From Pseudomonadota bacterium (GTDB lineage: Bacteria; Pseudomonadota; Gammaproteobacteria; Pseudomonadales; Pseudohongiellaceae): a stretch of 64,000 bases of DNA. A program made the translations under genes and the position numbers. Below the pieces are notes generated by a model, which saw nothing but the letters and a program-made list of their open reading frames with translations, had not been told where the DNA came from and searched no databases. Shown in pieces: positions 1 through 10,530 of the stretch (its first letter is position 1; each line of letters opens with the position of its first letter). Where the stretch lies: the NCBI GenBank assembly GCA_040384465.1, contig JAZKJF010000009.1, positions 2,129 to 66,128 on the forward strand, in the 5' to 3' direction.

Positions 1-873
1 GATGTCGTCGAAACCTTCAAAGAGGGTGTCATCTTGGACAGTTTGTTTATGGCAGGCCAGAAGGCTGATATACCAGCCGTGTCAATAATGGAGATGGCCG
101 ACATCTTCGGTGGTGTTATCGATTTCATCCTTGATCCTCGCGAAGGGGACAACTTCAGCATTGTCTACGAGGAGAAGTATCTCGACGGAGAGTTCATTGA
201 TAACGGCGAGATCATCGCCGCACAATTCACCAACCAAGGTACACAATACACCGCTTTCCGCTATGAGAGTGCAGATGGCGAAGTTGGCTACTACAATCCT
301 GATGGGGAAAGCATGCGAAAAGCCTTTCTAAGAACCCCTCTGGACGTATTCCGGATAAGCTCCAATTTCAATCTGAGCCGCAAGCACCCTATTCTGAATA
401 CCATTCGCGCCCACCGTGGCACTGACTATGCCGCTCCTCGTGGAACTCCCGTTCGAGCCACCAGCGATGGTGTGGTGACATGGGCAGCCAGAAATGGCTC
501 TTTCGGTAAACTTATTGTCATTCAGCACAATGGTCAGTTTGAAACCAAGTACGCACATCTGAATGACTACGCAGAGGGGCTCAAGAAAGGTTCCCGCGTT
601 CGTCAAGGGGAAGTGATTGGTTATGTGGGCACCACCGGCGGCTCTACCGGACCTCATCTGCACTATGAATTTCTTGTGAATGGTGAACACAAAGACCCAG
701 CGAAAATCCTCGATCAAATGCCCAAAGCGAACTCTATCGATCCTATAGAATTGCCACGCTTCAGAGTTCATGTCAGAGAACAATTAGCTAAGCTTCATAT
801 CCGCAGTAACGACACCAGAATTCTCAGCTACAACACGACGATCTCCAAGAGCCAGGACTCCCTTACGCAATAA
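1..873 (+). CDS. M23 family metallopeptidase, C-terminal part (5' end upstream of window)
   Basis: Frame 1 is open from nt 1 (DVVETFKEGV...), so the listed TTG at 34 is not the true start. LytM/M23 signatures HRGTDYAAPRGTPV and GSTGPHLHYE are present. Confidence 0.85.
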   Translation, partial: DVVETFKEGVILDSLFMAGQKADIPAVSIMEMADIFGGVIDFILDPREGDNFSIVYEEKYLDGEFIDNGEIIAAQFTNQGTQYTAFRYESADGEVGYYNPDGESMRKAFLRTPLDVFRISSNFNLSRKHPILNTIRAHRGTDYAAPRGTPVRATSDGVVTWAARNGSFGKLIVIQHNGQFETKYAHLNDYAEGLKKGSRVRQGEVIGYVGTTGGSTGPHLHYEFLVNGEHKDPAKILDQMPKANSIDPIELPRFRVHVREQLAKLHIRSNDTRILSYNTTISKSQDSLTQ

Positions 874-898
874 TTGCGTCATAAGGAAGAACACCTAA

Positions 899-2038
899 AT
901 GCCCTCATCCGAACACTTCATCGGCTTGTTGTCCGGAACGAGCATCGACGGAATCGACTGTGTTTTAGTCGACTTTTCTCAACAGCCACCGGCTCTTGTG
1001 GCCACGCACACACAATCAATACCGCCGAGCCTGCGCCAAGACTTGCTACTACTCTGTCAGGGCCAATCGATTTCACTGCAGTTACTTGGGGAGACCGACA
1101 TCGCAATTGGGCGAGTCTTCGCAGAGGCGGTGAATTCATTGCTCGCAAAGTGCAAGCTTAAATCGACCGATGTTATCGCTATAGGCAGTCACGGTCAGAC
1201 CATCAAGCATCACCCGATTGGAACTCGCCAATTCACACTGCAGATCGGTGACCCCAACACCATCAGCGAATTGACAGGCATCACCACCATCGCTGACTTT
1301 CGCAGAAAAGACATGGCAGCAGGGGGGCAGGGTGCGCCGCTTACACCAGTGTTTCATCAAGGGCATTTCGCCAGCAGCACAGTAAGACGAGCAGTGTTGA
1401 ACATAGGGGGTATCGCCAACATCTCTCTGCTGAGTTTTGACGCAGACACCCCACTGACAGGGTTTGATACAGGCCCTGGGAACGTCCTGTTGGATTCCTG
1501 GATACATCTAAAAAAAGGACTGCCATTTGACCAAAGCGGGGCATGGGCCGAAGCCGGGACAGTGAACGCGCAACTACTGGAGCGCCTCTTGAGCGAAGAC
1601 TTTTTTGCGTTGCCTGCGCCCAAAAGCACAGGCCGGGAACTCTTCAACCTGCCTTGGCTGACAGCGAAACTAGCGGAGATAGAGCCGGTAGCAGATGTGG
1701 ACGTGCAAGCCACCCTGCTGGAGTTCACTGCACAAACTATTGCTCAGAGCACAAACTGGAATTCACGCAATATCGAGGAAGTCATCGTCTGCGGCGGTGG
1801 CGCCCATAACCTCCTGCTGCTGCAACGTCTGAGAACACTCTTGGCACCTGTCAGAGTGATCTCAAGCGACAAAGCAGGGTTAGCACCGGACTGGGTAGAA
1901 GGTGTGGCGTTCGCTTGGATGGCCCGAATGACCTGGTTAGGTGAAGCAATCGACTGTCGCAGCGTGACCGGAGCCAGGCATCCTTGCATACTCGGAGGAA
2001 TCTATCGCTCCGAAACTGCAGGTCAAACAGATCGATAA
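899..2038 (+). CDS. anmK: anhydro-N-acetylmuramic acid kinase
   Basis: 379 aa. N-terminal GLLSGTSIDGIDCVLVDF and overall AnmK-like layout. Sits next to erpA as in Pseudomonas-type synteny. Confidence 0.9.
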   Translation: MPSSEHFIGLLSGTSIDGIDCVLVDFSQQPPALVATHTQSIPPSLRQDLLLLCQGQSISLQLLGETDIAIGRVFAEAVNSLLAKCKLKSTDVIAIGSHGQTIKHHPIGTRQFTLQIGDPNTISELTGITTIADFRRKDMAAGGQGAPLTPVFHQGHFASSTVRRAVLNIGGIANISLLSFDADTPLTGFDTGPGNVLLDSWIHLKKGLPFDQSGAWAEAGTVNAQLLERLLSEDFFALPAPKSTGRELFNLPWLTAKLAEIEPVADVDVQATLLEFTAQTIAQSTNWNSRNIEEVIVCGGGAHNLLLLQRLRTLLAPVRVISSDKAGLAPDWVEGVAFAWMARMTWLGEAIDCRSVTGARHPCILGGIYRSETAGQTDR

Positions 2039-2047
2039 AACAACGGA

Positions 2048-2407
2048 TCAGACCGAGAAAGAAGATCCACATCCGCACGTCGTTGACGCCATCGGGTTAT
2101 TGACGACAAAGCGCGCCCCTTGCAAACCCTCGACGTAATCAACCTTCGCACCCTGCAGATATTGAAAACTGAGCGGGTCCACCATCAGATCTGCACCGAA
2201 ATTGCTGACGAGTGTGTCATCGTCATTAAGCGCCTCATCGAAACTGAAGCCATACTGAAAGCCAGAGCAGCCGCCACCCGTCACAAACACGCGCAGTTTC
2301 AAGCGCGGGTTGCCCTCTTCCGAAATCAAGGTTTTGATCTTGTCGGCAGCATTCTGAGAAAGAGAGATGTTGGTTGGATCGTGAGACTGAACAACGGACA
2401 TCGGCAT
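2048..2407 (-). CDS. erpA: iron-sulfur cluster insertion protein (A-type carrier)
   Basis: 119 aa HesB/IscA family with GGGCSGFQY and C-terminal CGCGSSF cysteine motif. Confidence 0.9.
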   Translation of the reverse strand: MPMSVVQSHDPTNISLSQNAADKIKTLISEEGNPRLKLRVFVTGGGCSGFQYGFSFDEALNDDDTLVSNFGADLMVDPLSFQYLQGAKVDYVEGLQGARFVVNNPMASTTCGCGSSFSV

Positions 2408-2490
2408 ACCATGGATTGTGTGTCGCAGGAAGCGCCAAGCATATTGATGCCAATGGCGCGATGCGGCGATTATGGCGAAGACCTAGTAAA

Positions 2491-2949
2491 TCAGTCAACT
2501 ATTGTTTCATTAGCATTATCGTAGGAAAGCACGTTGGCAGGTGTCGCCGCGAGCCGCTTCGACTCCTGCTGAGCCCTGCCGATATGCTTCAGTCCGCCAT
2601 TCACTTCAGCCCCCATGACCATCTCGATCAACGCGTAATATACGTCGCCGATCACGACTGCTTTGGCTGCCAATTCAAGATGCTTCGTACTATGGACATC
2701 ACCCCTTACCAGGCCATTGATCACTGCTGAAGGAACCCAGATTTCTCCTTCCACCACACCAGATTCAGCGACTCTCACCAAGGCAGTGGATTCATCCTCG
2801 GCAAAAATATTGCCTCGGATAGTTCCTTCAACAATCAACTCTCCACTGAAGCGCAGATCTCCGGAAATCTCGGTCTGCCGTGAAATAAGCGTATGAGCGG
2901 GCCCTTGCTGTCGTGGTTTGTTCTTTTCTGCCCCACCAAACATCTTCAT
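2491..2949 (-). CDS. bactofilin (polymer-forming cytoskeletal protein, DUF583)
   Basis: 152 aa. Repetitive beta-helix-like pattern (ISGDLRFSGELIVEGTIRGNI ... VEGEIWVPSAVINGLVRGDV ... AKAVVIGDV) typical of CcmA/bactofilins. Confidence 0.8.
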   Translation of the reverse strand: MKMFGGAEKNKPRQQGPAHTLISRQTEISGDLRFSGELIVEGTIRGNIFAEDESTALVRVAESGVVEGEIWVPSAVINGLVRGDVHSTKHLELAAKAVVIGDVYYALIEMVMGAEVNGGLKHIGRAQQESKRLAATPANVLSYDNANETIVD

Positions 2950-3677
2950 TCCTCCACAACCGCCCAGTTAAAGAATTTTTCCAGACTTCGTTTTTGCGGC
3001 TCGCTCGACTCTGCTCGTATCTCGACCTGCGTTGGCTGGAAGTCGGTGGGTAACACCAGCTCCCCCTCAATATTCTGGAAGTAGCGAAAATTAAGTACTG
3101 TGCTCACGGTTGACGCATCCTGCACCAACTCCTGCAGCGGCAGTAATACTTTCTCTCCAGCAAGAGTTCCCGCCACATCAATCTGCACCTTGCCTTTGAG
3201 TTCCCTGTCGCCAGCCCCCGCTTGACGGAACACGGCCCGGTATCGATAGGTGTCTGGCGTAAGCGTGGCCTGAATGGTGAACTCGGCGATGATCAAACCG
3301 GGTTCGGCAAGCTCCGGCGTCATCACTTGCCGATAGAACATTACATCCTGTTCCAGTTGCATAACCCGCTGTCGCAAACTGTTGATCGTACTTTGGACCT
3401 CTTCGTTCGCACGCTGATCCATGATGCTGGTGCGATCAGACACGACCACCTGCGAGCGCAGACTCATCAGCTCATCACGAGCATCTGCAAGCTCAAGCGC
3501 CAATTGTTCATTGTCGCTGGAAGTGATGACATAGTCGCGCCCGGCTGCAATCTGACCGAGCACAAAACCAACAGCGGCGATCAGCAGGACACCGACCACT
3601 AAGGCATAACGCAACTGTGGCCGATACGGAACCACTACCATGCGTTGCTGTTTGCTGCCTTTCACGACTCCGGGCAT
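2946..3677 (-). CDS. membrane-anchored coiled-coil protein (DUF6776-like), function unknown
   Basis: 243 aa. One N-terminal TM helix (LRYALVVGVLLIAAVGFVLGQIA) followed by a coiled-coil-like segment. Its stop overlaps the bactofilin start (ATGA at 2946-2949). Confidence 0.5.
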   Translation of the reverse strand: MPGVVKGSKQQRMVVVPYRPQLRYALVVGVLLIAAVGFVLGQIAAGRDYVITSSDNEQLALELADARDELMSLRSQVVVSDRTSIMDQRANEEVQSTINSLRQRVMQLEQDVMFYRQVMTPELAEPGLIIAEFTIQATLTPDTYRYRAVFRQAGAGDRELKGKVQIDVAGTLAGEKVLLPLQELVQDASTVSTVLNFRYFQNIEGELVLPTDFQPTQVEIRAESSEPQKRSLEKFFNWAVVEE

Positions 3678-3699
3678 GAGACCTCAGTCTGCTATCAGT

Positions 3700-4737
3700 T
3701 CAAGGCAGGAGGGCGACCACGCGCAGCCCCTCGGATTCGTCGAGTCCAAACATGATGTTCATGTTCTGGATGGCCTGCCCGGAAGCGCCTTTCACGAGAT
3801 TGTCGATGACCGACAGCACCACCACCATGTTGTTGTGCGGCAAGTGGCAGACGGCAATCTGGCAACGATTCGAGCCGCGCACATTCCGAGTCGCAGGGAA
3901 TTGCCCTTTCGGCAAAACGTCCACAAACGGCTCATCCTTGTAGCGTTCCTCGAAGACCGCTTGCAGATCCACTGCGACCTCTGGGTTACGCAGTGGCGCA
4001 TAAAGAGTGGCATGAATGCCGCGAATCATGGGTGTCAGATGGGGAATGAAGGTCAACTTGACCTCTTCACCGGCGTAAGCATCAAGCCCTTGAGAGATTT
4101 CCGGCAGATGACGATGCCCTGCCACGCCATAGGCATGTAGAGACTCAGACGCTTCGGAAAGCAGACTGCCAACACTGGCCTTGCGTCCAGCACCGCTAAC
4201 CCCCGACTTGGCATCGGCAATCAGACTGCCAGTGTCGATCAGACCTTTTTCAAGCAGCGGCAAGAAGCCCAACTGAATCGCGGTAGGGTAGCAGCCCGGT
4301 ACCGCCAGCAGACGTGCGTCGACAATCTGCTTCCTGTTCACCTCAGGCAACCCGTAGACAGCATGTCCCAGCAGCTCGGGACTCTCGTGGCTGACGTTGT
4401 ACCATTTTTCCCAGAGCGCTTGATCACGCAGCCTGTAGTCAGCAGAAAGATCGATGACGCGCACGCCTCGGGCAAGCAACTGCGGGACCGTCTTCATGGC
4501 CACGGCGTGGGGCGTCGCATAGAACACCACGTCACAGGCAAACAGTTCTTCGGTATCGGGAGCGGAGAAAGCCAGGTCGATATGTCCGCGCAGGTTCGGA
4601 AACAGATCGGCCACAGCGGTACCTTGCAGTTCGCGCGACGTAATGACCTTGATGCTGACATCTTTGCGTGGGGCGAGCAGACGTAATAATTCCACTCCGG
4701 TATAACCTGTTGCTCCGACGATTCCGACCTTGATCAC
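3700..4737 (-). CDS. argC: N-acetyl-gamma-glutamyl-phosphate reductase
   Basis: 345 aa. [10 protein letters not shown] Rossmann N-terminus and the PGCYPTA active-site cysteine motif. GTG start. Confidence 0.95.
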   Translation of the reverse strand: MIKVGIVGATGYTGVELLRLLAPRKDVSIKVITSRELQGTAVADLFPNLRGHIDLAFSAPDTEELFACDVVFYATPHAVAMKTVPQLLARGVRVIDLSADYRLRDQALWEKWYNVSHESPELLGHAVYGLPEVNRKQIVDARLLAVPGCYPTAIQLGFLPLLEKGLIDTGSLIADAKSGVSGAGRKASVGSLLSEASESLHAYGVAGHRHLPEISQGLDAYAGEEVKLTFIPHLTPMIRGIHATLYAPLRNPEVAVDLQAVFEERYKDEPFVDVLPKGQFPATRNVRGSNRCQIAVCHLPHNNMVVVLSVIDNLVKGASGQAIQNMNIMFGLDESEGLRVVALLP

Positions 4738-4907
4738 TGGCTCCTCCTGTCTCTATTTCTCATTTGCGGGCCCGGGATGATACCCGTGTTTTCCGGCTCG
4801 ATCCATTTTATCAGCTGTGCTAGTGTAGCCTCTCCCTCCGCAGGACCACCCGTCAGCACCTCTCGTTGCGGCACCTGTGGCAACAGAGTGTAATCACGAG
4901 GAACGTC

Positions 4908-5330
4908 ATGGCCTGGGTCAAAGCCTTTCACATTGTCGCTGTTGTCTGCTGGTTCGCGGCAATCTTTTACCTGCCCCGCCTGTTCGTCTATCACGCCATG
5001 AGTGAAGACAAGATCAGTAAAGATCGCTTTGTCATCATGGAGCGCAAACTGTTCAGAGGCATTGCCACGCCCTCTGCGATCGCTACCATAGTGCTTGGCA
5101 TCTGGCTGATTTCGTTCAATCCATCCTATTACATGAGTTCCGGATGGATGCACGCCAAGCTCGCGCTGGTCATCCTGTTATGCATTTACCACTACTTCTG
5201 CTGGCGCATCATGATCGCGTTTCGTGACGAGACGAACACGCGCAGCCATGTCTATTTCCGTTACTTCAATGAACTTCCTGTGTTCCTGCTGATCGGCATT
5301 GTCATTCTCGTGGTCGTGCGTCCGTTTTAG
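4908..5330 (+). CDS. hemJ: protoporphyrinogen oxidase HemJ (CopD-like membrane protein)
   Basis: MAWVKAFHIVAVVCWFAAIFYLPRLFVYH N-terminus is typical of HemJ. ATG at 4908 is preceded by GAGGAA. The listed ORF start at 4866 is probably too far upstream. Confidence 0.8.
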   Translation: MAWVKAFHIVAVVCWFAAIFYLPRLFVYHAMSEDKISKDRFVIMERKLFRGIATPSAIATIVLGIWLISFNPSYYMSSGWMHAKLALVILLCIYHYFCWRIMIAFRDETNTRSHVYFRYFNELPVFLLIGIVILVVVRPF

Positions 5331-5357
5331 AAAGCAACCTAGAGGCGAGTCTCCACC

Positions 5358-6152
5358 GTGCAGAATATTGCTGGCAAGAAACCCAATGTCATGTGCTTCT
5401 CAGGACTGGATCCTACTGGCGGCGCTGGCATTCAAGCGGACATTGAAGCGCTGTTCAGCACTGGCTGCCACTGCCTGCCAGTCGTTACCACTTTGACCGT
5501 GCAGGACACTGGCAATGTCATGGCCTCGCACCCTACAGATCCAGCGCTGCTGATAGAACAGGCACGAGCGGTTCTGGAAGACATCCCCGTGCATGCCTTC
5601 AAGATCGGGTTACTCGGCAGCATCAAGACGGTAGAAGTGATTCACACACTCCTGACCGACTATCCGGATATTCCCGTGATACTCGACCCCATCCTGCGAG
5701 CCGGAGGTGGTTATGAGTTCACGCGGGAGAGCATTGCCGAAGCCCTCAACGCACTGCTCCTGCCCATGACAACTGTGGTCACACCAAACACCAACGAACT
5801 GCGTGCGCTGGCCCCCAATGGCGACAGCTTCGACGCGAGTGCGAATGAGTTGCTGGATCGTGGTTGTCAGCACGTTCTGCTTACCGGCACTCATGCCAAC
5901 AGCCCTCAAGTCATCAATCGTCTTTATACCCGTCATCAACCGACCCGGGCCTACACCTGGCAAAGACTTGAGCATGAATATCATGGTTCCGGCTGCACGC
6001 TGGCCGCGGCCCTCGCTGGCTATCTTGCGCATGGACTGCAAATCAACGAAGCGGCTCAGCAGGCACAGCGCTTCACCTGGGAATCTCTGAATCACGGCAT
6101 CCGTGCTGGCTTCGGGCAGTTCCTGCCCAATCGAAGCCACTGGAATCGTTGA
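5358..6152 (+). CDS. thiD: hydroxymethylpyrimidine/phosphomethylpyrimidine kinase
   Basis: 264 aa. GLDPTGGAGIQADI and the GSGCTLAAALA ribokinase-family anion-hole motif. Confidence 0.9.
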   Translation: MQNIAGKKPNVMCFSGLDPTGGAGIQADIEALFSTGCHCLPVVTTLTVQDTGNVMASHPTDPALLIEQARAVLEDIPVHAFKIGLLGSIKTVEVIHTLLTDYPDIPVILDPILRAGGGYEFTRESIAEALNALLLPMTTVVTPNTNELRALAPNGDSFDASANELLDRGCQHVLLTGTHANSPQVINRLYTRHQPTRAYTWQRLEHEYHGSGCTLAAALAGYLAHGLQINEAAQQAQRFTWESLNHGIRAGFGQFLPNRSHWNR

Positions 6153-6815
6153 ATGACGCAGGCTCCCCTCTTTTTTTCTCGCGGCGTGTACGCCATCACC
6201 GATGAAACCCTGCTCACCGGGGCTTTTCTATTTGAGGGCGTGCAAGCAGCACTGGAGGCGAGACTGAGTCTTCTGCAGTACCGCAACAAATACTCACCCT
6301 GGGCCGAGCGCGTTGCGCAATGCCAAGCTATCAAGACGCTATGCGCGCAATTCCAAACTCCATTTCTGATCAATGATGATGTCGATCTCTGTATAGAGGT
6401 GGGTGCAGACGGCGTACATCTTGGGCAGGGTGACTCGCGATTGCTCACGGCACGTCAGCGTCTGGGAGACTCGTCCATCATCGGCATCACCTGCCACAAC
6501 AACTTGTCACTGGCTCGGGAAGCCGAGGCGCACGGGGCATCCTACGTCGCCTTCGGCCGCTTCTTTCCCTCCAGCACCAAACCACTTGCTCCCCCGGCGA
6601 CACTTGACGATCTACGTCAGGCTCGGGCGGCACTACGGCTACCCATTGTTGCAATCGGCGGCATCAACCCGGAAAATGGCGCCACATTGATCGAGGCTGG
6701 CGCCGACATGCTGGCCGTCATTCATTATTTGTTCGCCTTCCCTGATGTTTCCGCTCGGGTCCGGCAATTGAACTCACTATTCCAATCATCCATTGCACCC
6801 CCGAACAAGCGGTAG
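6153..6815 (+). CDS. thiE: thiamine-phosphate synthase
   Basis: 220 aa. ATG follows the thiD stop directly. YAITD..., GADGVHLGQ and VAIGGI motifs are typical of ThiE. Confidence 0.9.
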   Translation: MTQAPLFFSRGVYAITDETLLTGAFLFEGVQAALEARLSLLQYRNKYSPWAERVAQCQAIKTLCAQFQTPFLINDDVDLCIEVGADGVHLGQGDSRLLTARQRLGDSSIIGITCHNNLSLAREAEAHGASYVAFGRFFPSSTKPLAPPATLDDLRQARAALRLPIVAIGGINPENGATLIEAGADMLAVIHYLFAFPDVSARVRQLNSLFQSSIAPPNKR

Positions 6816-6828
6816 CATCGAGGAAATC

Positions 6829-8142
6829 ATGTCTGCGAGTGAAAGCAATTCAGAGAAAAAAGTCAGCCGCTCGGCGCAACTGTTTGAGGAAGCCAAGCGC
6901 TATATTCCCGGCGGCGTGAACTCCCCCGTGCGTGCGTTCCGTGGTGTGGGTGGCAATCCCCTGTTCTTCCAGGGCGGCGAAGGCGCCTGGTTGATCGACG
7001 AGGACAACAACCGCTACATCGATTACGTGGGCGCTTGGGGCCCGTTGATCCTCGGACACAAACACCCGGCAGTTATCAAAGCGCTTCAAGAGCAGCTGAC
7101 TCACGGCCTGGGCTATGGCGCTTCCACCGAAGCAGAGATCACCATCGCACGCACCATCTGCGACCTCGTGCCATCGATTGAACGCGTCCGCCTGGTGACC
7201 TCCGGCACCGAAGCCACCATGAGTGCGGTTCGTGTGGCGCGTGGCTTCACTCGTCGTGACAAGATCGTCAAGTTCGAAGGCTGCTACCACGGTCACGTCG
7301 ACGGACTGCTGGTGAAGGCGGGCTCTGGTGCACTTACACTCAGCGAGCCGGACTCCCTCGGCGTACCGAAAGCCTACACTGATCTCACCTATGTACTGCC
7401 CTACAACGATGTTGATGCGCTGGAGAAACTCTTCGCCAGCAGTGGCCACGAGATCGCCTGCATCATCGTCGAACCGGTAGCTGGCAACATGAACTGCGTG
7501 CCGCCAATCCCGGGCTATCTGCAGGCTCTGCGCGATGTGTGTACTCAGTACGGCAGCGTGTTGATATTCGACGAAGTCATGAGCGGTTTCCGTGTGGCAC
7601 TCGGTGGCGCACAAGCAGTTTATGGCGTCACTCCCGACCTGACGACGCTCGGCAAAGTCATTGGCGGAGGTCTGCCTGTCGGCGCCTTTGGTGGTCGCCG
7701 CGAAATCATGGAAATGATCGCCCCGATGGGCCCGGTTTATCAGGCCGGCACGCTGGCGGGCAGCCCACTAGCCGTCGCTGCGGGCATGGCCATGTTGACG
7801 GAGATTCAGAAGCCAGACTTCTACAAGCAATTGTCACAGCGCGCCAGCACTTTGATGTCAGGACTGCAGGAACGCGCCGACGCCGCGAAGATTCCCTTCA
7901 CCACCAATCAAGTCGGTGGCATGTTCGGTTGCTTCTTCACCAACGAAAAGCAGGTCAGCACCTTTGATCAAGTCATGGCTTGCGACGTGCCGCGTTTCCG
8001 CAAGTATTTCCATAGCATGCTGAGCAATGGCGTCTATCTGGCACCCTCCGCATTCGAGGCGGGCTTTGTGTCGGCCGCGCACGGTGACAAAGAGATTCAA
8101 CTGACGCTGGACGCCGCTGAGAAAGCCTTCGCGAGCCTCTAA
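6829..8142 (+). CDS. hemL: glutamate-1-semialdehyde 2,1-aminomutase
   Basis: [12 protein letters not shown]..., the class-III aminotransferase core and the [11 protein letters not shown]-lysine region. ATG at 6829 with GAGGAA upstream is preferred over the listed 6793 start. Confidence 0.95.
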   Translation: MSASESNSEKKVSRSAQLFEEAKRYIPGGVNSPVRAFRGVGGNPLFFQGGEGAWLIDEDNNRYIDYVGAWGPLILGHKHPAVIKALQEQLTHGLGYGASTEAEITIARTICDLVPSIERVRLVTSGTEATMSAVRVARGFTRRDKIVKFEGCYHGHVDGLLVKAGSGALTLSEPDSLGVPKAYTDLTYVLPYNDVDALEKLFASSGHEIACIIVEPVAGNMNCVPPIPGYLQALRDVCTQYGSVLIFDEVMSGFRVALGGAQAVYGVTPDLTTLGKVIGGGLPVGAFGGRREIMEMIAPMGPVYQAGTLAGSPLAVAAGMAMLTEIQKPDFYKQLSQRASTLMSGLQERADAAKIPFTTNQVGGMFGCFFTNEKQVSTFDQVMACDVPRFRKYFHSMLSNGVYLAPSAFEAGFVSAAHGDKEIQLTLDAAEKAFASL

Positions 8143-8197
8143 GTAGCGAAGCGCCCTGAAAATCCCCATAGATCAAATGCACAGGACTGAGAGATTC

Positions 8198-9193
8198 ATG
8201 CAAAAGTACGACGTTTACGGCATCGGCAACGCGCTGGTGGATAAAGAGTTCGAAGTGGAAGATCAATTCTTTGTCGATGCAGGCATCGAGAAGGGTTTCA
8301 TGACCTTGATCGACGCGGACAAGCAACAGGCGCTGGTCGAGATGCTCTCTCAACGCTATGGTTTGAAGAAGCGGGCAGGCGGTGGCTCAGCGGCCAATTC
8401 CATGTACGCGCTCAGTCAGTTCGGCGGCAACGTGTTCTTTTCCTGCAAAGTCGCCAATGACGAGACTGGGCACTTTTATGTGCAGGAACTGGGCAGCCAG
8501 AACATCAGCACCAACCTCTCAAGCACTCTCGAACAAGGCGTCACTGGCCGCTGCGTGGTCATGGTCACGCCGGACGCGGAACGCACCATGCTGACCTCGC
8601 TCGGCATCTCGCAACTTGTGTCGGTGGAGGAGCTGGACTACGACGCAATTCGTTTGTCCGAATACGCTTATGTCGAAGGCTATCTCGTCACCTCACCCAG
8701 CGCTCGCGAAGCAGTGCTGGAGCTGAAAGATCACGCGAGAGAACAGGGCGTGAAGTTCGCACTGACGTTCTCCGATCCGGCGATGGTGGAATACTTCCGC
8801 GATGGCATCAACGAATTCATCGGCGACGGCGTGGATCTGCTGTTCTGCAACGAAAAAGAAGCCATGCTGTGGTCCGGCAAGGACACGCTGGAAGAGGCCT
8901 GCAAGGCGCTCGAACAGAAGGCGGCGCAATTTGCTGTGACACGCGGGGCACGTGGTGCTCTGTTGTTCGATGGCAACCACTACATTGATGTAGCACCGCA
9001 TGCGGTGAAAGCCGTCGACACCAACGGCGCGGGAGACATGTTCTCAGGCGCGTTCCTCTACGCCCTCACGCAAGGCATGGATTTCGCGACGGCTGGTCGT
9101 CTCGCCAGTCTGGCTTCGGCGCAGGTGGTCTCGCAGTTCGGTCCGCGACTCAGACCGGAACAACACAGCGAACTCCTCGCGCAGATCAAATGA
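8198..9193 (+). CDS. PfkB-family kinase (adenosine kinase-like)
   Basis: YGIGNALVD N-terminus and the C-terminal DTNGAGDMFSGAFLYAL PfkB signature. Confidence 0.8.
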   Translation: MQKYDVYGIGNALVDKEFEVEDQFFVDAGIEKGFMTLIDADKQQALVEMLSQRYGLKKRAGGGSAANSMYALSQFGGNVFFSCKVANDETGHFYVQELGSQNISTNLSSTLEQGVTGRCVVMVTPDAERTMLTSLGISQLVSVEELDYDAIRLSEYAYVEGYLVTSPSAREAVLELKDHAREQGVKFALTFSDPAMVEYFRDGINEFIGDGVDLLFCNEKEAMLWSGKDTLEEACKALEQKAAQFAVTRGARGALLFDGNHYIDVAPHAVKAVDTNGAGDMFSGAFLYALTQGMDFATAGRLASLASAQVVSQFGPRLRPEQHSELLAQIK

Positions 9194-9246
9194 GATTTGG
9201 GGTCAGAGTAAAATACAGACTGTATTTTTACTCTGACCCCAAATCT
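9193..9246. terminator. long hairpin between convergent PfkB-kinase gene and dnaJ (probable bidirectional terminator)
   Basis: agatttggggtcagagtaaaatacag / ctgtatttttactctgaccccaaatct. About a 25-bp stem with one bulged A, 2-nt loop. Confidence 0.7.
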
Positions 9247-9249
9247 CCA

Positions 9250-10371
9250 TCAGGCGCGCAGTTCATCCACAAATTTCTTCACGCCATCAAACCAGGAGGT
9301 CTTTTTCGGCGATTGCTTGCCTTCGGTTTCCGCAATGTCGTGGAATTCGGCGAGGATTTCCTTCTGACGTTTGGTGAGATTCACCGGCGTCTCTACCACC
9401 ACTCGGCACAGCAGATCACCGGTGACACCGCCGCGCACCGGGACCACGCCTTTGTTGCGCAGTCGGAAAAGCTTGCCGGTCTGTGTCTCCGGCGGAATCT
9501 TCAGTTTCACACGACCATCGAGAGTCGGCACTTCGAGTTCACCACCTAGGGCAGCATCCACGAAGCTGATCGGAATCTCGCAATGTAGATCAATGCCATC
9601 ACGCTCGAACAGTTTGTGCTCACGGACAGAGACCTGCACATAGAGATCACCAGCCGGCCCACCGTGACTGCCAGCCTGCCCTTCGCCTGAAAGACGAATG
9701 CGGTCGCCGTTATCGACACCGGGCGGAACCTTGACGGACAGTGTCTTCTGCTCTTCCACCGCACCGCGCCCATGACAGGTGCCGCACGGGTCTTTGATCT
9801 GCTTGCCAGAACCCTGACAACGTGGACAGGTTTGCTGCACGGAGAAGAAACCCTGCTGCATGCGCACCTGGCCGATACCGTTACAGGTGCCACAGTCGAC
9901 GGGGCTGGAGCCTTTCTTGGCACCACTACCCTCACAAGTCTTGCAAGCCACGGCGGTAGGAATACGAATCTTGGCTGTCGTGCCGCGTACGGCCTCCTCC
10001 AGATCCAGCTCTAGGGTGTAGCGCAGGTCGGCGCCCTTGCGCACATTGCTGCGTCCGCCACCACGCTGACCGCCGAAAATGTCACCGAAAATGTCGCCAA
10101 AGATATCGCCGAAATCGCCAGCACCCGCGCCGCCGCCTCCCTGCTGGTTCACACCGGCATGCCCGTATTGATCGTAGCGGGCACGTTTCTGGGCGTCGGA
10201 AAGCACTTCGAAAGCCTCATTGGCTTCCTTGAACTTATCCTCGGACTCTTTGTTGTCGGGGTTACGGTCAGGGTGATGCTTCATCGCCACGCGACGATAG
10301 GCCTTCTTCAGATCAGCTTCTGAGGCATCGCGCGGCACACCCAGTACTTCGTAGTAATCTCGTTTGGACAT
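9250..10371 (-). CDS. dnaJ: molecular chaperone DnaJ
   Basis: J domain with HPD (KHHPDRNP), G/F-rich linker and four CxxCxGxG zinc-finger repeats. Confidence 0.97.
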   Translation of the reverse strand: MSKRDYYEVLGVPRDASEADLKKAYRRVAMKHHPDRNPDNKESEDKFKEANEAFEVLSDAQKRARYDQYGHAGVNQQGGGGAGAGDFGDIFGDIFGDIFGGQRGGGRSNVRKGADLRYTLELDLEEAVRGTTAKIRIPTAVACKTCEGSGAKKGSSPVDCGTCNGIGQVRMQQGFFSVQQTCPRCQGSGKQIKDPCGTCHGRGAVEEQKTLSVKVPPGVDNGDRIRLSGEGQAGSHGGPAGDLYVQVSVREHKLFERDGIDLHCEIPISFVDAALGGELEVPTLDGRVKLKIPPETQTGKLFRLRNKGVVPVRGGVTGDLLCRVVVETPVNLTKRQKEILAEFHDIAETEGKQSPKKTSWFDGVKKFVDELRA

Positions 10372-10530
10372 AATCTGCTTCTGTGTCGGTTGTGCGTAAA
10401 TGTCAGCGGGCTCTGTCGTCGCTCTTGCTGACAGCCCTACAACGCAAAAAACCAGACAGGGTTTCCCATCCGGTTTTTTGCCTTGCCAGTTCAGTTCGTC
10501 AGCACCGCATCAGGCGGTGGTGACCACTTG

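Noticed and set aside
5331-5357. Looked for a TPP riboswitch ahead of thiD-thiE.
   Set aside because: Only 27 nt separate hemJ from thiD. No CUGAGA/ACCUGA THI-box elements are present.
6850-7614. 254-aa minus-strand ORF.
   Set aside because: It is antisense to hemL, a clear class-III aminotransferase.
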